Assembly: GCA_044345405.1 (NCBI GenBank) | Contig: JBIJBE010000006.1 | Location: forward strand, 40,682-104,681 | Source of the DNA: Bdellovibrionota bacterium | GTDB taxonomy: Bacteria > Bdellovibrionota_C > UBA2361 > OMII01 | Reading direction: 5' to 3' | DNA length: 64,000 nt | The notes under the pieces: model-generated | Seen by the model: the letters and a program-made list of their open reading frames with translations, nothing else | Database searches by the model: none | Told to the model about the DNA's origin: nothing | Translations under genes and position numbers: made by a program | Shown here: positions 1-9,914 of the stretch, in pieces | Numbering within the stretch: the first letter of the stretch is position 1 | How the letters are laid out: every line of letters begins with the position of its first letter

Positions 1-480
1 GGGGCCCCAGATCGCTGGCAGATAGCCGAACATCATCAGAGGACCGTACATGAACGCCACGCCAGGAAAACTCGACCAGCGACCGACTTCGGAGGGATAG
101 TACGGATTCTCGTGAAGCACAAAGAAATTGCGTATCGCCATTTCAACCAGAGTGCCGATGTCCAAGACCGCGGGACTGAAGAGGGGACGAGGGAGGTGTG
201 CGACTGAGATCTCTTGGGCGAGAAGTATTAACAGAAGCACTATCGAGATCTCTACACCGAGAGCGACGTTAGAGGGTCTCCCCACCTCACTTCGGTGGGA
301 GAGGCTTACCAAAAGGATAACGATCGTCCAGTATCCGACCAATTTAAGGAGGGGCCAAAAGAAGACCACGGTGGCGAAGGTCTCATACGCGCACCAGACG
401 AGGAGCAGGAGCGAGATGGATGAGATGACCGCGAGAAGGTCAACCTTACTGGGGGTACGCGTACGCTGTTCGCTTGTCAT
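1..480 (-). CDS. Polytopic membrane protein, possibly GT-C/GT87-like glycosyltransferase (runs off window start)
   Basis: Hand translation from ATG at 480 is open to position 1: MTSEQRTRTPSKVDLLAVISSISLLLLVWCAY...VLHENPYYPSEVGRWSSFPGVAFMYGPLMMFGYLP; several TM helices, then NPY...F.Y.P motif; not in ORF track. Confidence 0.55.
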   Translation of the reverse strand, partial: MTSEQRTRTPSKVDLLAVISSISLLLLVWCAYETFATVVFFWPLLKLVGYWTIVILLVSLSHRSEVGRPSNVALGVEISIVLLLILLAQEISVAHLPRPLFSPAVLDIGTLVEMAIRNFFVLHENPYYPSEVGRWSSFPGVAFMYGPLMMFGYLPAIWGP

Positions 481-649
481 AAAACTATTTCACCGAGCGA
501 TCTCCCTCTCGTTCATCACGGAGACGCTTCTCCTCCTTGCTTCCTAGAAACCAATAAGACAGGGAGGTCGTTTGGTCTACAACAAATCTCTCGTTCGAAG
601 CGACTCACCTCCCCGCAACTTTCAACGCCGTGACACGATACAGAGAGCC

Positions 650-1450
650 ATGAAACGGAATTCCCTCGCTTGCTCATGGCTCTCAGGCCCCCTGGAGGTT
701 CTCTTCCCGAGGGAGTGCCTGGTTTGCACCCGTCCGCTGCGGGGAAGTTCGCTCTGTTTCCGCTGCACCCCTTCGCTCATTAATCTGGAAACGCCGCGAT
801 GCGCCCGATGTTTCGGCGCTGTGTGGAATACCCCGGAGCCCCTCTGTCCCGCGTGCGAGACATTCCCCTTGGAATTCAAACGAATTCGGTATTTATGGGA
901 GTACGAAGGGGTCGCCCGCGACTTCATACGAGCTATGAAGTATCAACCGAGTCCGTATCTGGCGTATCGAGCCGGGGAGTTTATGGCTAACCATCTTCCT
1001 AACCTATACGCTGATAACGTGTGGGACCTTATCGTTCCTGTTCCGTCATCTCCGGAGATGCTCAAGAAACGATTATTCCATCCCTGCGCGGAGATGAGTA
1101 AAGCTCTCTCACGGCACCTGGTTCGAGCGTCGATCCGATACGCGCTGGAGCACCGTGGCAACCGCACTCCCCAAGCGCGCCGTTCACACCGCGAACGCCT
1201 GCGAGGATTACGCACTATCTTTCGAGTTCCAAAGAGTGGTCACGTGGCCGGCAAGCGAGTGCTTCTTATTGAAGACGTCATAACCACCGGAGCCACCGTT
1301 GCGGCCGCGTGCCACACCCTGTACGAGGCTGGCGCCCTATCCGTAGACGTTGTCGCGCTGGCCGAGGCTCGGGTATGGAGACGATTTCGGAGCCGAATTT
1401 TCGACCTTTTCAACCCTCCGAGAGAGCGCATCTCCGGTGTACTGGCATAA
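650..1450 (+). CDS. comF: ComF family protein (double zinc ribbon + phosphoribosyltransferase)
   Basis: Repeated CxxC pairs, IVPVP, VLLIEDVITTGAT PRTase motif; ATG 650 preferred to TTG 572. Confidence 0.88.
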   Translation: MKRNSLACSWLSGPLEVLFPRECLVCTRPLRGSSLCFRCTPSLINLETPRCARCFGAVWNTPEPLCPACETFPLEFKRIRYLWEYEGVARDFIRAMKYQPSPYLAYRAGEFMANHLPNLYADNVWDLIVPVPSSPEMLKKRLFHPCAEMSKALSRHLVRASIRYALEHRGNRTPQARRSHRERLRGLRTIFRVPKSGHVAGKRVLLIEDVITTGATVAAACHTLYEAGALSVDVVALAEARVWRRFRSRIFDLFNPPRERISGVLA

Positions 1451-1472
1451 GGTTCGGTGGTAGCGTTGCGGC

Positions 1473-2336
1473 ATGACTACCGCAAACTCTCAAGCACAAG
1501 CAGCCGAATCTCTGTCCAAGTTTCTTGATGTGATCGCGCAACTTCGTAATCCGAATGGCGGGTGCCCGTGGGATCTCAAACAGACCTTCGAGTCGTTGCG
1601 TTCTTGTCTCGTTGAGGAATCGTATGAGGTGCTTGACGCGGTAGAGACGAGCGATGAAGCGGTGCGTGAGGAGCTCGGGGATCTCTTGTCGATCATCGCG
1701 CTCTACGCTCGAATTGCTGAAGAGAAGAACTCCTTTTCATTCGCGTCCGTTGTCGAAGGGATCACCGAGAAACTTGTTCGCCGACATCCACACGTCTTTG
1801 GTGATGTGAAGGTCAGCGGAGAGGCAGAGGTCTTAAAGAACTGGGAAGCTATCAAACAGCAGGAGCGCGCTGCGGACCCGAAGAAGGCAAAGGGTCTGCT
1901 CGACGGGCTACCTCGCTCAATGCCAGCGCTTCAGAAGTGTCACGAGATCGGGGTGCGGTGCGCCCGAGTTGGGTTTGACTGGACAAACGCTGAGGGGGTC
2001 GCGGAAAAGGTACGTGAGGAGCTCGCCGAGTTCTTAGCGGAGCTTCCAAACCCCAAGAACGCAGCTATGAACGCCGGTGGAAAGCCGTTCAACAAGGAGC
2101 TCGTCTATGAGGAGTTCGGGGACCTCCTCTTCACCCTCGCTCAGGAGAGTCGCCATTTAGGGTTTAACGCGGAGGAGGCGCTGGCGGCAGCGAACGCGAA
2201 GTTCATGCGCCGATTCAAAATCCTCGAACAGATCGCGACCGAAGAGACCCCGGAGAAACCTCTTAATACCCGTACGACCGAGGAGCTGGAGGCCCTCTGG
2301 CAACAGGTTAAAAAACGGGCCTCGAACGTTTCTTAA
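1473..2336 (+). CDS. mazG: Nucleoside triphosphate pyrophosphohydrolase MazG
   Basis: GCPWDLKQT, EELGDLL, KLVRRHPHVFG, GFDW, EEFGDLLF: tandem MazG domains. Confidence 0.95.
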   Translation: MTTANSQAQAAESLSKFLDVIAQLRNPNGGCPWDLKQTFESLRSCLVEESYEVLDAVETSDEAVREELGDLLSIIALYARIAEEKNSFSFASVVEGITEKLVRRHPHVFGDVKVSGEAEVLKNWEAIKQQERAADPKKAKGLLDGLPRSMPALQKCHEIGVRCARVGFDWTNAEGVAEKVREELAEFLAELPNPKNAAMNAGGKPFNKELVYEEFGDLLFTLAQESRHLGFNAEEALAAANAKFMRRFKILEQIATEETPEKPLNTRTTEELEALWQQVKKRASNVS

Positions 2337-2485
2337 AGACCTCCACTTAAGGTATCTTTCAGGCCTTCTTACGGCGGAGAAGGGCTTTGAAAGCCAAGGT
2401 TTTCGCTGATTCGGCATGAGTTCGGTGGGTAGTGGATTGCCCGCGATCATGTCGTTTCTAGTTTAGCACCAGAGAGGCTGCACCA

Positions 2486-2662
2486 ATGCTCGTGCTATCC
2501 AGGAGGGTCGGAGATAGGATCCTCATCGGCAAGGACGTTTGGCTAACCGTGGTCCAAATTGCCGGTGACAAAGTTCGGATCGGGATTGAGGCTCCCAAGG
2601 ATGTTCCAATCATCCGACAGGAGATCCTCCCCGACGACAACCGTGACAAGCCATCGAACTAA
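2486..2662 (+). CDS. csrA: Carbon storage regulator CsrA (58 aa, missed by ORF track)
   Basis: Hand translation MLVLSRRVGDRILIGKDVWLTVVQIAGDKVRIGIEAPKDVPIIRQEI; AGAGG RBS-like sequence upstream. Confidence 0.95.
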   Translation: MLVLSRRVGDRILIGKDVWLTVVQIAGDKVRIGIEAPKDVPIIRQEILPDDNRDKPSN

Positions 2663-2974
2663 CGTATTCGATGCTTCGTGAGTCGAGGGATTGGGAATTG
2701 CAAAACGCGCCCAATCCTTCACTCACCTATCAACCGGTTGCTTGAGAGGTTTTCAAACAAAGCCCTTTTCTCCGCAACCTTTCGCGTGCACCTCCGTGCG
2801 TCGCGTAGCCGCATTTTCCCTACAAAAAGATTTATAATTCCAGGGAACTACGACTTTAAGCCACACACCACAAGTTCCGGGGTCCTTTACTTGTCGCAAC
2901 GCACCGCCTGGTATACGATTCCGGGGTCAAAAGCCACCTCACAGCGGGGTGCATGTAACTGATAAAAAACGCGT

Positions 2975-4285
2975 ATGCTACAAGCCATGAAGACAAATTT
3001 CACCGATTACAAGGTCGCGGACATCACCCTCGCTGATTGGGGCCGCAAAGAGATCGTTATCGCCGAGAAGGAGATGCCAGGACTCATGGCTCTTCGTGAA
3101 GAGTACGGCAAGTCGCAGCCTCTCAAGGGCGCTCGCATCGCCGGCTCCCTCCACATGACGATTCAGACAGCTGTTCTGATCGAGACCCTCATCGCCCTTG
3201 GCGCTGAGGTTCGTTGGTCGAGCTGCAACATCTTCTCAACGCAGGACCAAGCTGCAGCGGCCATCGCAGCGGTAGGCATACCGGTATTCGCCTGGAAGGG
3301 TGAGACCCTTGAGGAGTACGACTGGTGCCTTGAGCAGACCGTGAACTTCAACGGCAAGGGACCAAACATGATCCTTGACGACGGTGGAGATCTCACGATG
3401 CTTGTGCACAACAAGTATCCAGAGATGATGAAGGACATCTACGGAATCTCTGAGGAGACAACAACAGGCGTTCACCGTTTGTACGAGATGCTCAAAGCGG
3501 GAACCCTCAAGGCTCCAGCCTTCAACGTTAACGATTCTGTGACGAAGTCGAAGTTCGACAACCTCTACGGATGTCGTGAGTCCCTCGCTGACGGAATCAA
3601 GCGCGCTACTGATGTTATGGTAGCGGGCAAGGTTGTTGTGGTAGCTGGATACGGAGATGTAGGCAAAGGTTCCGCTCACTCGATGAAGACCCTCGGCGCT
3701 CGCGTTCTCATCACTGAGATCGACCCGATCTGCGCTCTTCAAGCGGCGATGGAAGGCTACCAAGTTGTAACGATGGAGACAGCAGCTCCTATCGCTGACA
3801 TCTTCGTAACCGCGACCGGCAACGTAAACATCATCAACGAGAAGCACTTCAAGTTGATGAAGGACGAGGCCATCGTGTGCAACATCGGTCACTTCGATAA
3901 CGAGATCGATATCGCGTGGCTCGAGAAGAACACCACCGAGATGAACATCAAGCCTCAGGTTGATAAGTTCGTTTTCAAGGATGGACGCGCTATCGTCGTG
4001 CTCGCTCGAGGACGTCTTGTGAACCTTGGTTGCGCTACTGGCCACCCAAGCTTCGTAATGTCGACCTCGTTCACGAACCAGACACTCGCTCAGATCGAGC
4101 TTTACACCAAGAAGGGACAATACCCTGTTGGGGTATACGTTCTTCCGAAGTTTCTCGACGAGAAGGTTGCTCGCTTGCACCTCAACAAGCTTGGCGTTCA
4201 GCTCACTGAGCTCACCGACCAACAAGCAGAGTACTTGAGCATGAAGAAGGAAGGTCCTTACAAGCCTGAGAACTATCGGTACTAA
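2975..4285 (+). CDS. ahcY: Adenosylhomocysteinase
   Basis: [45 protein letters not shown]. Confidence 0.98.
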   Translation: MLQAMKTNFTDYKVADITLADWGRKEIVIAEKEMPGLMALREEYGKSQPLKGARIAGSLHMTIQTAVLIETLIALGAEVRWSSCNIFSTQDQAAAAIAAVGIPVFAWKGETLEEYDWCLEQTVNFNGKGPNMILDDGGDLTMLVHNKYPEMMKDIYGISEETTTGVHRLYEMLKAGTLKAPAFNVNDSVTKSKFDNLYGCRESLADGIKRATDVMVAGKVVVVAGYGDVGKGSAHSMKTLGARVLITEIDPICALQAAMEGYQVVTMETAAPIADIFVTATGNVNIINEKHFKLMKDEAIVCNIGHFDNEIDIAWLEKNTTEMNIKPQVDKFVFKDGRAIVVLARGRLVNLGCATGHPSFVMSTSFTNQTLAQIELYTKKGQYPVGVYVLPKFLDEKVARLHLNKLGVQLTELTDQQAEYLSMKKEGPYKPENYRY

Positions 4286-4316
4286 TATCCCGACCTCGCA
4301 CGAGGTCGAGATTTAG

Positions 4317-4350
4317 AAACCGCCACGGTGAAAGCCGTGGCGGTTTTTTT
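4317..4350 (+). terminator. Intrinsic terminator after ahcY
   Basis: aaaccgccacgg-tgaaag-ccgtggcggttt followed by T run. Confidence 0.9.
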
Positions 4351-4523
4351 ATTTCCTAAACCTCCCCGCACACCTTCGTCGAAAGTCCCCTGAAAAGAGT
4401 CTCTGAAAAGGGCAGAAACCTCCTCGTTGGCTCTCATCCAAGCAGCCCTATCCGATCCGCTTTGAGCAACATTCTCTGCCCTACCCTTCATAATAGGGAA
4501 AGGCTCCAAAACAGGGATCGTTT

Positions 4524-5492
4524 ATGCGTCAGCTTTTCTTCCTTCTCGCTCTTTGTCCCATCCTTGTAGTGGGCTGCGTCAGGGAATCTGATGATGCAAC
4601 GTCATCTGGAGGGGATGACAACTCATCCAACAATCAGACAACCCCGTCCAATAAGGAGTTGTTCTTATGCGAGACCAAAGACCTCGAACCGGATTCCAGA
4701 GCCCAAATCGCAGACATGTTCACGACACAACGAAGTAGTCTCGCGGCGCTCGCCAACACCACAAGCGCCAAGACCACCTCGCTACCTGTCTATTTCCACG
4801 TTATCGGACGTGCAAGCTCCGAAACGAGCCGGGAAGTACCCGATGAAGCGCTCGTGGAGCAAATTGATGTCCTGAACCGAGCCTACTCGGGTAAAACCGG
4901 CGGAGCTTCCACCCCATTCCGATTTGCGTTGGGAGGAATTAATCACGTGGACAAACCCGAATGGAGAGCTATCTCGCCCGGCTCTGATGAAGAGACCGCC
5001 ATGAAGAAAGCGCTCCGGGTAGGTGGCGTTACGACTTTGAACGTATACATCACGGACATCGTTCCGCCGCCGAATCAAAATGTGAAGGGGAAGATCTTAG
5101 GTTTCGCCACCTTCCCCTTTACCTATCGCATGCAACCAACTATGGACGGAGTGGTTCTCAACTACCGAGTCGTACCGGGAAGTGATGTGGCTAATTACAA
5201 CGTTGGGCACGTACTGGTGCATGAGACTGGGCACTGGCTCGGACTCTTTCACACATTTACCGGTGGCTGTGAAAGTCCGATCAACGACCTGATTACAGAC
5301 ACTCCCCGGGAGGCGTTACCAACCCCAGGTGAGTACTGTCCAACAAAGCGAGACTCCTGCCCACAATCGCAAGGCCTCGACCCGATTCACAATCATATGG
5401 CCTACACCGCGGACCGTTGCCGAACAGAGTTCACCCCAGGACAAGTTGCCTTCATGCGATTTACCATGATGCTCTTTCGAGGGGAGCGCTAA
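4524..5492 (+). CDS. Lipoprotein zinc metalloprotease, M43 (ulilysin/pappalysin-like)
   Basis: Signal peptide with VVGC lipobox; HETGHWLGLFHTF metzincin motif; NHMAY Met-turn. Confidence 0.9.
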   Translation: MRQLFFLLALCPILVVGCVRESDDATSSGGDDNSSNNQTTPSNKELFLCETKDLEPDSRAQIADMFTTQRSSLAALANTTSAKTTSLPVYFHVIGRASSETSREVPDEALVEQIDVLNRAYSGKTGGASTPFRFALGGINHVDKPEWRAISPGSDEETAMKKALRVGGVTTLNVYITDIVPPPNQNVKGKILGFATFPFTYRMQPTMDGVVLNYRVVPGSDVANYNVGHVLVHETGHWLGLFHTFTGGCESPINDLITDTPREALPTPGEYCPTKRDSCPQSQGLDPIHNHMAYTADRCRTEFTPGQVAFMRFTMMLFRGER

Positions 5493-5536
5493 AGGTAGGC
5501 TTGATTTCCTCCATGAGACCATCCTAACCTCCTTAC

Positions 5537-6223
5537 GTGTCCGCTTTTCTCATCCATCAAGAACTCTCCTACCTCGTCCTTCTCGCCGATTCGCTGGGAA
5601 CTAAGACCCATGCAGCCGGGGGCGCTCCGTATCCGGTGACGGCTCCCAAGCTCGTTCATGTCGCGCCAGGCGTATATGCCGCGCACGCCGGGACCCTACA
5701 GCCCGCCATCGACATGCTCTCGGAGCTTGGGGAGACCCTGACAACAGCGACCACCTGGGAGTCCATTACGTCTCGGATGCGTGCTATCGGCGAAAGCGTC
5801 TACGCCCGATACCAAGAACGGTTCAAGTCTGACTCCTTCGATGTCCGAGTGGCTCTCGTATTGACCGGAGAGAGACGACACCCCTCTGACATCGAACACG
5901 ACCGCAGCTCGTCGATCGTAGTGTGGGAGGTCGCGCGAAAGTTTGAGCCTCACCATACCACCGGTCACGTATACTTCGCGGGCAGCGCGCCCCTCTCGGA
6001 GCTCGCCACTAACTTCTTAGCACAACCCCTTCTCGCCGGTATGTTGCGACAAGGGCCCCTTGCGGCTGCTCACGCGCTTGTGGCGACGCACGCCGCGCTC
6101 TCCAAGTTGAGTTCGACCATCTCCCCGGACGCGAATGTGGTGATCATCGGTGATGATGATGAACACACGGTACTTCACGGAACCCTTTTGGAGCTCGCGC
6201 AAGCGGTGCTCATGAAGGGATGA
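5537..6223 (+). CDS. Proteasome beta-subunit-like Ntn-fold protein
   Basis: After Met removal: Ser1, ADS with Asp17, K37...AG51 (same K-to-G spacing as K33/G47), AGS motif. Confidence 0.55.
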   Translation: MSAFLIHQELSYLVLLADSLGTKTHAAGGAPYPVTAPKLVHVAPGVYAAHAGTLQPAIDMLSELGETLTTATTWESITSRMRAIGESVYARYQERFKSDSFDVRVALVLTGERRHPSDIEHDRSSSIVVWEVARKFEPHHTTGHVYFAGSAPLSELATNFLAQPLLAGMLRQGPLAAAHALVATHAALSKLSSTISPDANVVIIGDDDEHTVLHGTLLELAQAVLMKG

Positions 6224-6264
6224 TACTCCTCCTCTAACGGGACGAGCCTACTGGAATCTTCGAT

Positions 6265-7338
6265 ATGAGTTCATCACGGACAAACGGCTCCCGCTTCGAA
6301 CGGCGCCTTTCTCGGACGGTTGCTCTATCGTTTACATGCTGTTCTGTGATCTATGTGGTCCTGTTTCTCGGGAATTACGAAAATAATATCCTCATATTTC
6401 TGGCTAACGTGTTCGCTCCGGCGCTCCTCATCATCGCTGCAGGGGTGACAGTCCTTGCCGAGCTTCTTGCCCTGGCGCGAAAAAAACCGCCACAGTTCCG
6501 AGAACGGGTCGTTCGGACATCGCTTATCGTTTCCTTCCTTATACCCACCGTTGCCGGTGAGATTCGGGCCCATCCCCGACGGAATCTTTCAGGCATCCGG
6601 TCCGATTCTCAATTCACCGTCCTCGACGCGAACCTCTTGGGTCCAGTTGATGTTGATCCTGGCTTTTACGACGAGGTCGCTCGCAGGCGTCCCGATATCA
6701 TTACCCTCCAGGAGTTGAATCCAACCGTAGCGGAGCGATTGAGCGCTCGGCTCGGGGAGGACTATCCATGTAAGGTCGTCGAGGCGAAGCCCGCTGTATT
6801 CGGAATGGGGGTATTCTCTCGATTTCCGTGCGGGGAACGAGACTCCTCCCGCTTCCCCCGCGCGATCGGCGTTCCGCAGATAGTCGACGTTCAACTGCCA
6901 AACAACAAGACAGTCGGGGTGGTCAACGTTCATACGGTGCCACCGCACATCCTCATCAAGGGAAGGCACGACGATAACGATGTGCAGCAGCTCTCAAACG
7001 CGATCATTGAGCGCGAGCTATTCGTCCAAGATATCATCAAGACGTCTCGTCTTATCGACACTGACGCCGCGGTCCTAGCGGGAGATTTTAACGCCACCAC
7101 TCGGAATCGAGTCTATCGCCTCGTTCGTCAGATGGGATTGTTTGACGCGTTCTCCTCGGGAAGTAGAGTGCGCGGAGGGACCTGGCCCGGCCCACAGTTT
7201 CCACTTCCCTCATGGATGATGCGCATAGACTTTATCTTTCACTGCGCGGGGCTGACATCTATCGCGGCGGAAACATTACCCAGCGGATATGGTTCGGATC
7301 ATCGCGGTGTACTCGCGACACTCGCGTTTGTTCAATAG
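6265..7338 (+). CDS. Membrane-anchored endonuclease/exonuclease/phosphatase family protein
   Basis: N-terminal TM helices; DIITLQE, AGDFN, RIDFIF, GSDH. Confidence 0.88.
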   Translation: MSSSRTNGSRFERRLSRTVALSFTCCSVIYVVLFLGNYENNILIFLANVFAPALLIIAAGVTVLAELLALARKKPPQFRERVVRTSLIVSFLIPTVAGEIRAHPRRNLSGIRSDSQFTVLDANLLGPVDVDPGFYDEVARRRPDIITLQELNPTVAERLSARLGEDYPCKVVEAKPAVFGMGVFSRFPCGERDSSRFPRAIGVPQIVDVQLPNNKTVGVVNVHTVPPHILIKGRHDDNDVQQLSNAIIERELFVQDIIKTSRLIDTDAAVLAGDFNATTRNRVYRLVRQMGLFDAFSSGSRVRGGTWPGPQFPLPSWMMRIDFIFHCAGLTSIAAETLPSGYGSDHRGVLATLAFVQ

Positions 7339-7379
7339 AGGTCAAGTAACCCCAGAGCGACGATGCGTCGCACGTCAGA

Positions 7380-7769
7380 TTAATTGAAGAGTGCCGGATA
7401 CAGCAACTTGAATCGCGGTATCTGCACGGTGACAAAATCCGCTTCACCTCTCTTGAAGAGATAGCTACCTTGCATCGCTCCGATCGGATCTTTGATAACG
7501 GTGCTGCTCGTGTACTCAAATCGCTCCCCCGGCCTGAGAACGGGTTGAACGCCAACAACACCGGCGCCATTGACCTCGCCGGTTTGCTCGCCCGCGGATT
7601 CGATGATCCAGTGCCGCTCAAGAAGTTGCACGGTATCGCCGGATTGATTCTCAATCGCCACGTTGTAGGCGAAAACAAAGACGCCCTCAGCGGGGCGGGT
7701 CTCTTCAAAGATAGGTGCCGGCTCAACCGTCACCGTGATGCTTGCGGTTGTCTCAGTGAAGGTGCTCAT
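7380..7769 (-). CDS. apaG: ApaG protein
   Basis: FAYNVAIEN, QLLERHWII, GVVGVQP, FEYTS, MQGSY; ATG at 7769. Confidence 0.93.
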   Translation of the reverse strand: MSTFTETTASITVTVEPAPIFEETRPAEGVFVFAYNVAIENQSGDTVQLLERHWIIESAGEQTGEVNGAGVVGVQPVLRPGERFEYTSSTVIKDPIGAMQGSYLFKRGEADFVTVQIPRFKLLYPALFN

Positions 7770-7844
7770 ACGTTTAATGCTAACTAAGTAACGGTGCGCT
7801 GAAAAGGGTGTCACGTTCTGGATGCTGGATTAAGGCCACGTTCC

Positions 7845-8843
7845 ATGATACCTGACCCTAGGCGCATGAAACTTCCCCTCCACACCACTATTGCCCCCTT
7901 ACGTCCCTATCATGGGGCTGTAAAGGGTCATGAGGTGGTGAACGAGTGCCGGAAGGTGTGGAGCCTTATGATGAGGTCGCCACACTGGAACGGGATCCGA
8001 AAGTCACTTTCGACTCTCCTGAGCGACACAAACCTCTCTGGAACCGACATAAACCTCCATGCCGACGCTATCTCGGCGACGTTACCCCCCGGCCTAGAGT
8101 ACGAGGGACTGAAAGATATCTGTCGGTCCCTCATTTCGTGGCGAACGGGTCCCTATCAGCTAGGGGAGTTCGCGCTCGATACGGAGTGGCGTTCGCACAT
8201 GAAGTGGCGGCGAGTATCCCCTATGATCCCGCAACGCTCGGGGATGCGGATCGCCGATGTCGGATGCAGCAACGGCTACTTTCTCTATAAGCTCTCGACG
8301 TTACATCCAGAGATAGCCATCGGCTTTGATCCGGTCGAGCGCTGTTGGCTCCAATTCGCGTTGCTTCAGTCAATTCTGCGCGTCCCGAACCTGGCGTTCC
8401 TACCGATGGGGATCCTCGGGCTCGACGCTTTCCCGGAATTCTTCGATTTCATCTTGTGCATGGGGGTTATCTATCATCAACGTGATCAAGCGCTCGCAGT
8501 CAGGAAACTCTACGACGCGACACGACCCGGCGGACACGTGCTTCTTGAAAGCCTTGTGGTGCCTGGCGATGAGCCACTCACTATTACGCCACCCGATCGG
8601 TACGCGAAGATGCGCAATGCGTGGACGATGCCCTCAGCCGCGTCACTCAAAACTCTTTTCCTAAACGCTGGATTTCAAGATGTCCGCGTTGAATCGTTCG
8701 GCCCCTTAACCACCTTTGAGCAACGACGTACTGAGCTTGCGCCATTTGAGAGTTTGTCCGACTTCCTTGACCCGAACGATCCTTCACGCACCGTTGAGGG
8801 ACATCCCGCCCCGCATACAGCCGCGGTTATCGGACGAAAGTAG
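7845..8843 (+). CDS. cmoB: tRNA U34 carboxymethyltransferase CmoB
   Basis: WRTGPY, DTEWRS, DVGCSNGY, MGVIYH, RYAKMRN, EQRRT. Confidence 0.9.
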   Translation: MIPDPRRMKLPLHTTIAPLRPYHGAVKGHEVVNECRKVWSLMMRSPHWNGIRKSLSTLLSDTNLSGTDINLHADAISATLPPGLEYEGLKDICRSLISWRTGPYQLGEFALDTEWRSHMKWRRVSPMIPQRSGMRIADVGCSNGYFLYKLSTLHPEIAIGFDPVERCWLQFALLQSILRVPNLAFLPMGILGLDAFPEFFDFILCMGVIYHQRDQALAVRKLYDATRPGGHVLLESLVVPGDEPLTITPPDRYAKMRNAWTMPSAASLKTLFLNAGFQDVRVESFGPLTTFEQRRTELAPFESLSDFLDPNDPSRTVEGHPAPHTAAVIGRK

Positions 8844-8854
8844 GCTCGTAAAAC

Positions 8855-9739
8855 TTAGTACTCAGCGCCGATCAGAAGCTCCTCGATACTCACATCGAGC
8901 GCCTTCGCCAACTTTGAGATCGCGCCGATGCTGATGTTTTGCTTTCCGTGCTCCACCGCGCTGATGTAGGCACGGTCAAGGTCTGAGTTAGTCGCAAGCT
9001 CCTGCTGGCTGAAACCTCGTAGCTTTCGATACTCGTGAACGGAGTGACCGAGCTTTCGCAAGAAGAGTCCGAGCGAGTTCTCAGCGTTTAAGAGACCACA
9101 CACCTGCCGCGCCGAGATCACCGCCGTCTGTGGGTCAGCTGCGAACGCGTCGGCTTTAACCTGTTCGGCGAGGTCGGGATTCATGATAAACGTCGCGCCA
9201 CCAACGATAACTTTCGGAGCCGGATTGAGCTTCTTCAATTCCTGAACTAACTTCGCCGCCACCGGAACGAGTCCGGTCAGGGAGCACGACACACACACAA
9301 GGTGCGCACCGCGAGCTTTCGAAAACGGTACGAGATGATCCGTTGGTACGTCAGCACCGAGGAAGTCGACCTCCCATCCATCCACCGAGAGAAAATCCGC
9401 GACAGCTTGGGCCCCGATAAAATGTTGGTCACCCTCAACGGAGCTAACCACCGCTTTGAGACCGAGCTTTAGCCGGGTCTTTAAGAGACCCTTGAGGCGG
9501 GTCATCTGTCGTAAGGTAATCTGCGTGGCGATGTGTTCTTGCGGTATAGAGATCTCTCCTCTGTGCCAGCGGGCGCCTAGCTCTACCTGCACGGGCATAA
9601 GGACGTCGAGGTACAGCTTTGAGGGAATGACTCCACTGGCGAGGCCCTGGTCCAGAACCTTGTGCGCTTCATCCGCATTACCGTCTAAAACGGCCGTAGC
9701 GTATGCGCTCCTCAGCTTGGTAAGTATGTCTGTGACCAC
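8855..9739 (-). CDS. Cobalamin-binding domain protein with C-terminal XRE helix-turn-helix
   Basis: W-x9-EH (WHRGEISIPQEH), DQHFIG, LGADVP, VIVGG; C-terminal SQQELA...YISAVEHGKQNIS. Confidence 0.85.
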   Translation of the reverse strand: MVTDILTKLRSAYATAVLDGNADEAHKVLDQGLASGVIPSKLYLDVLMPVQVELGARWHRGEISIPQEHIATQITLRQMTRLKGLLKTRLKLGLKAVVSSVEGDQHFIGAQAVADFLSVDGWEVDFLGADVPTDHLVPFSKARGAHLVCVSCSLTGLVPVAAKLVQELKKLNPAPKVIVGGATFIMNPDLAEQVKADAFAADPQTAVISARQVCGLLNAENSLGLFLRKLGHSVHEYRKLRGFSQQELATNSDLDRAYISAVEHGKQNISIGAISKLAKALDVSIEELLIGAEY

Positions 9740-9914
9740 AAAACCACCTCGTGTATTTGTTATATACCAAATTATGGTAGCAGATGCTGAATAAAGACAC
9801 CAGCAGAGGTCGCTGGATTGAGTAAATAGAACAGTTTGTGGTGACGATCAAAAAGCCACGCTGTTTCAATATGTTAAATCACCGAACTCCTGGGACCAGA
9901 CATAACCCTAGGGT

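Noticed and set aside
2880-2975. SAH/SAM riboswitch upstream of ahcY
   Set aside because: No recognisable SAH (GAGGAGCG...AGGCTC), SAM-I or SAM-II consensus; a cmscan would settle it.
3236-4225. 329-aa antisense ORF inside ahcY, and similar shadow ORFs opposite flagellin, fbaB and fliG
   Set aside because: Expected antisense frames of strongly codon-biased genes.
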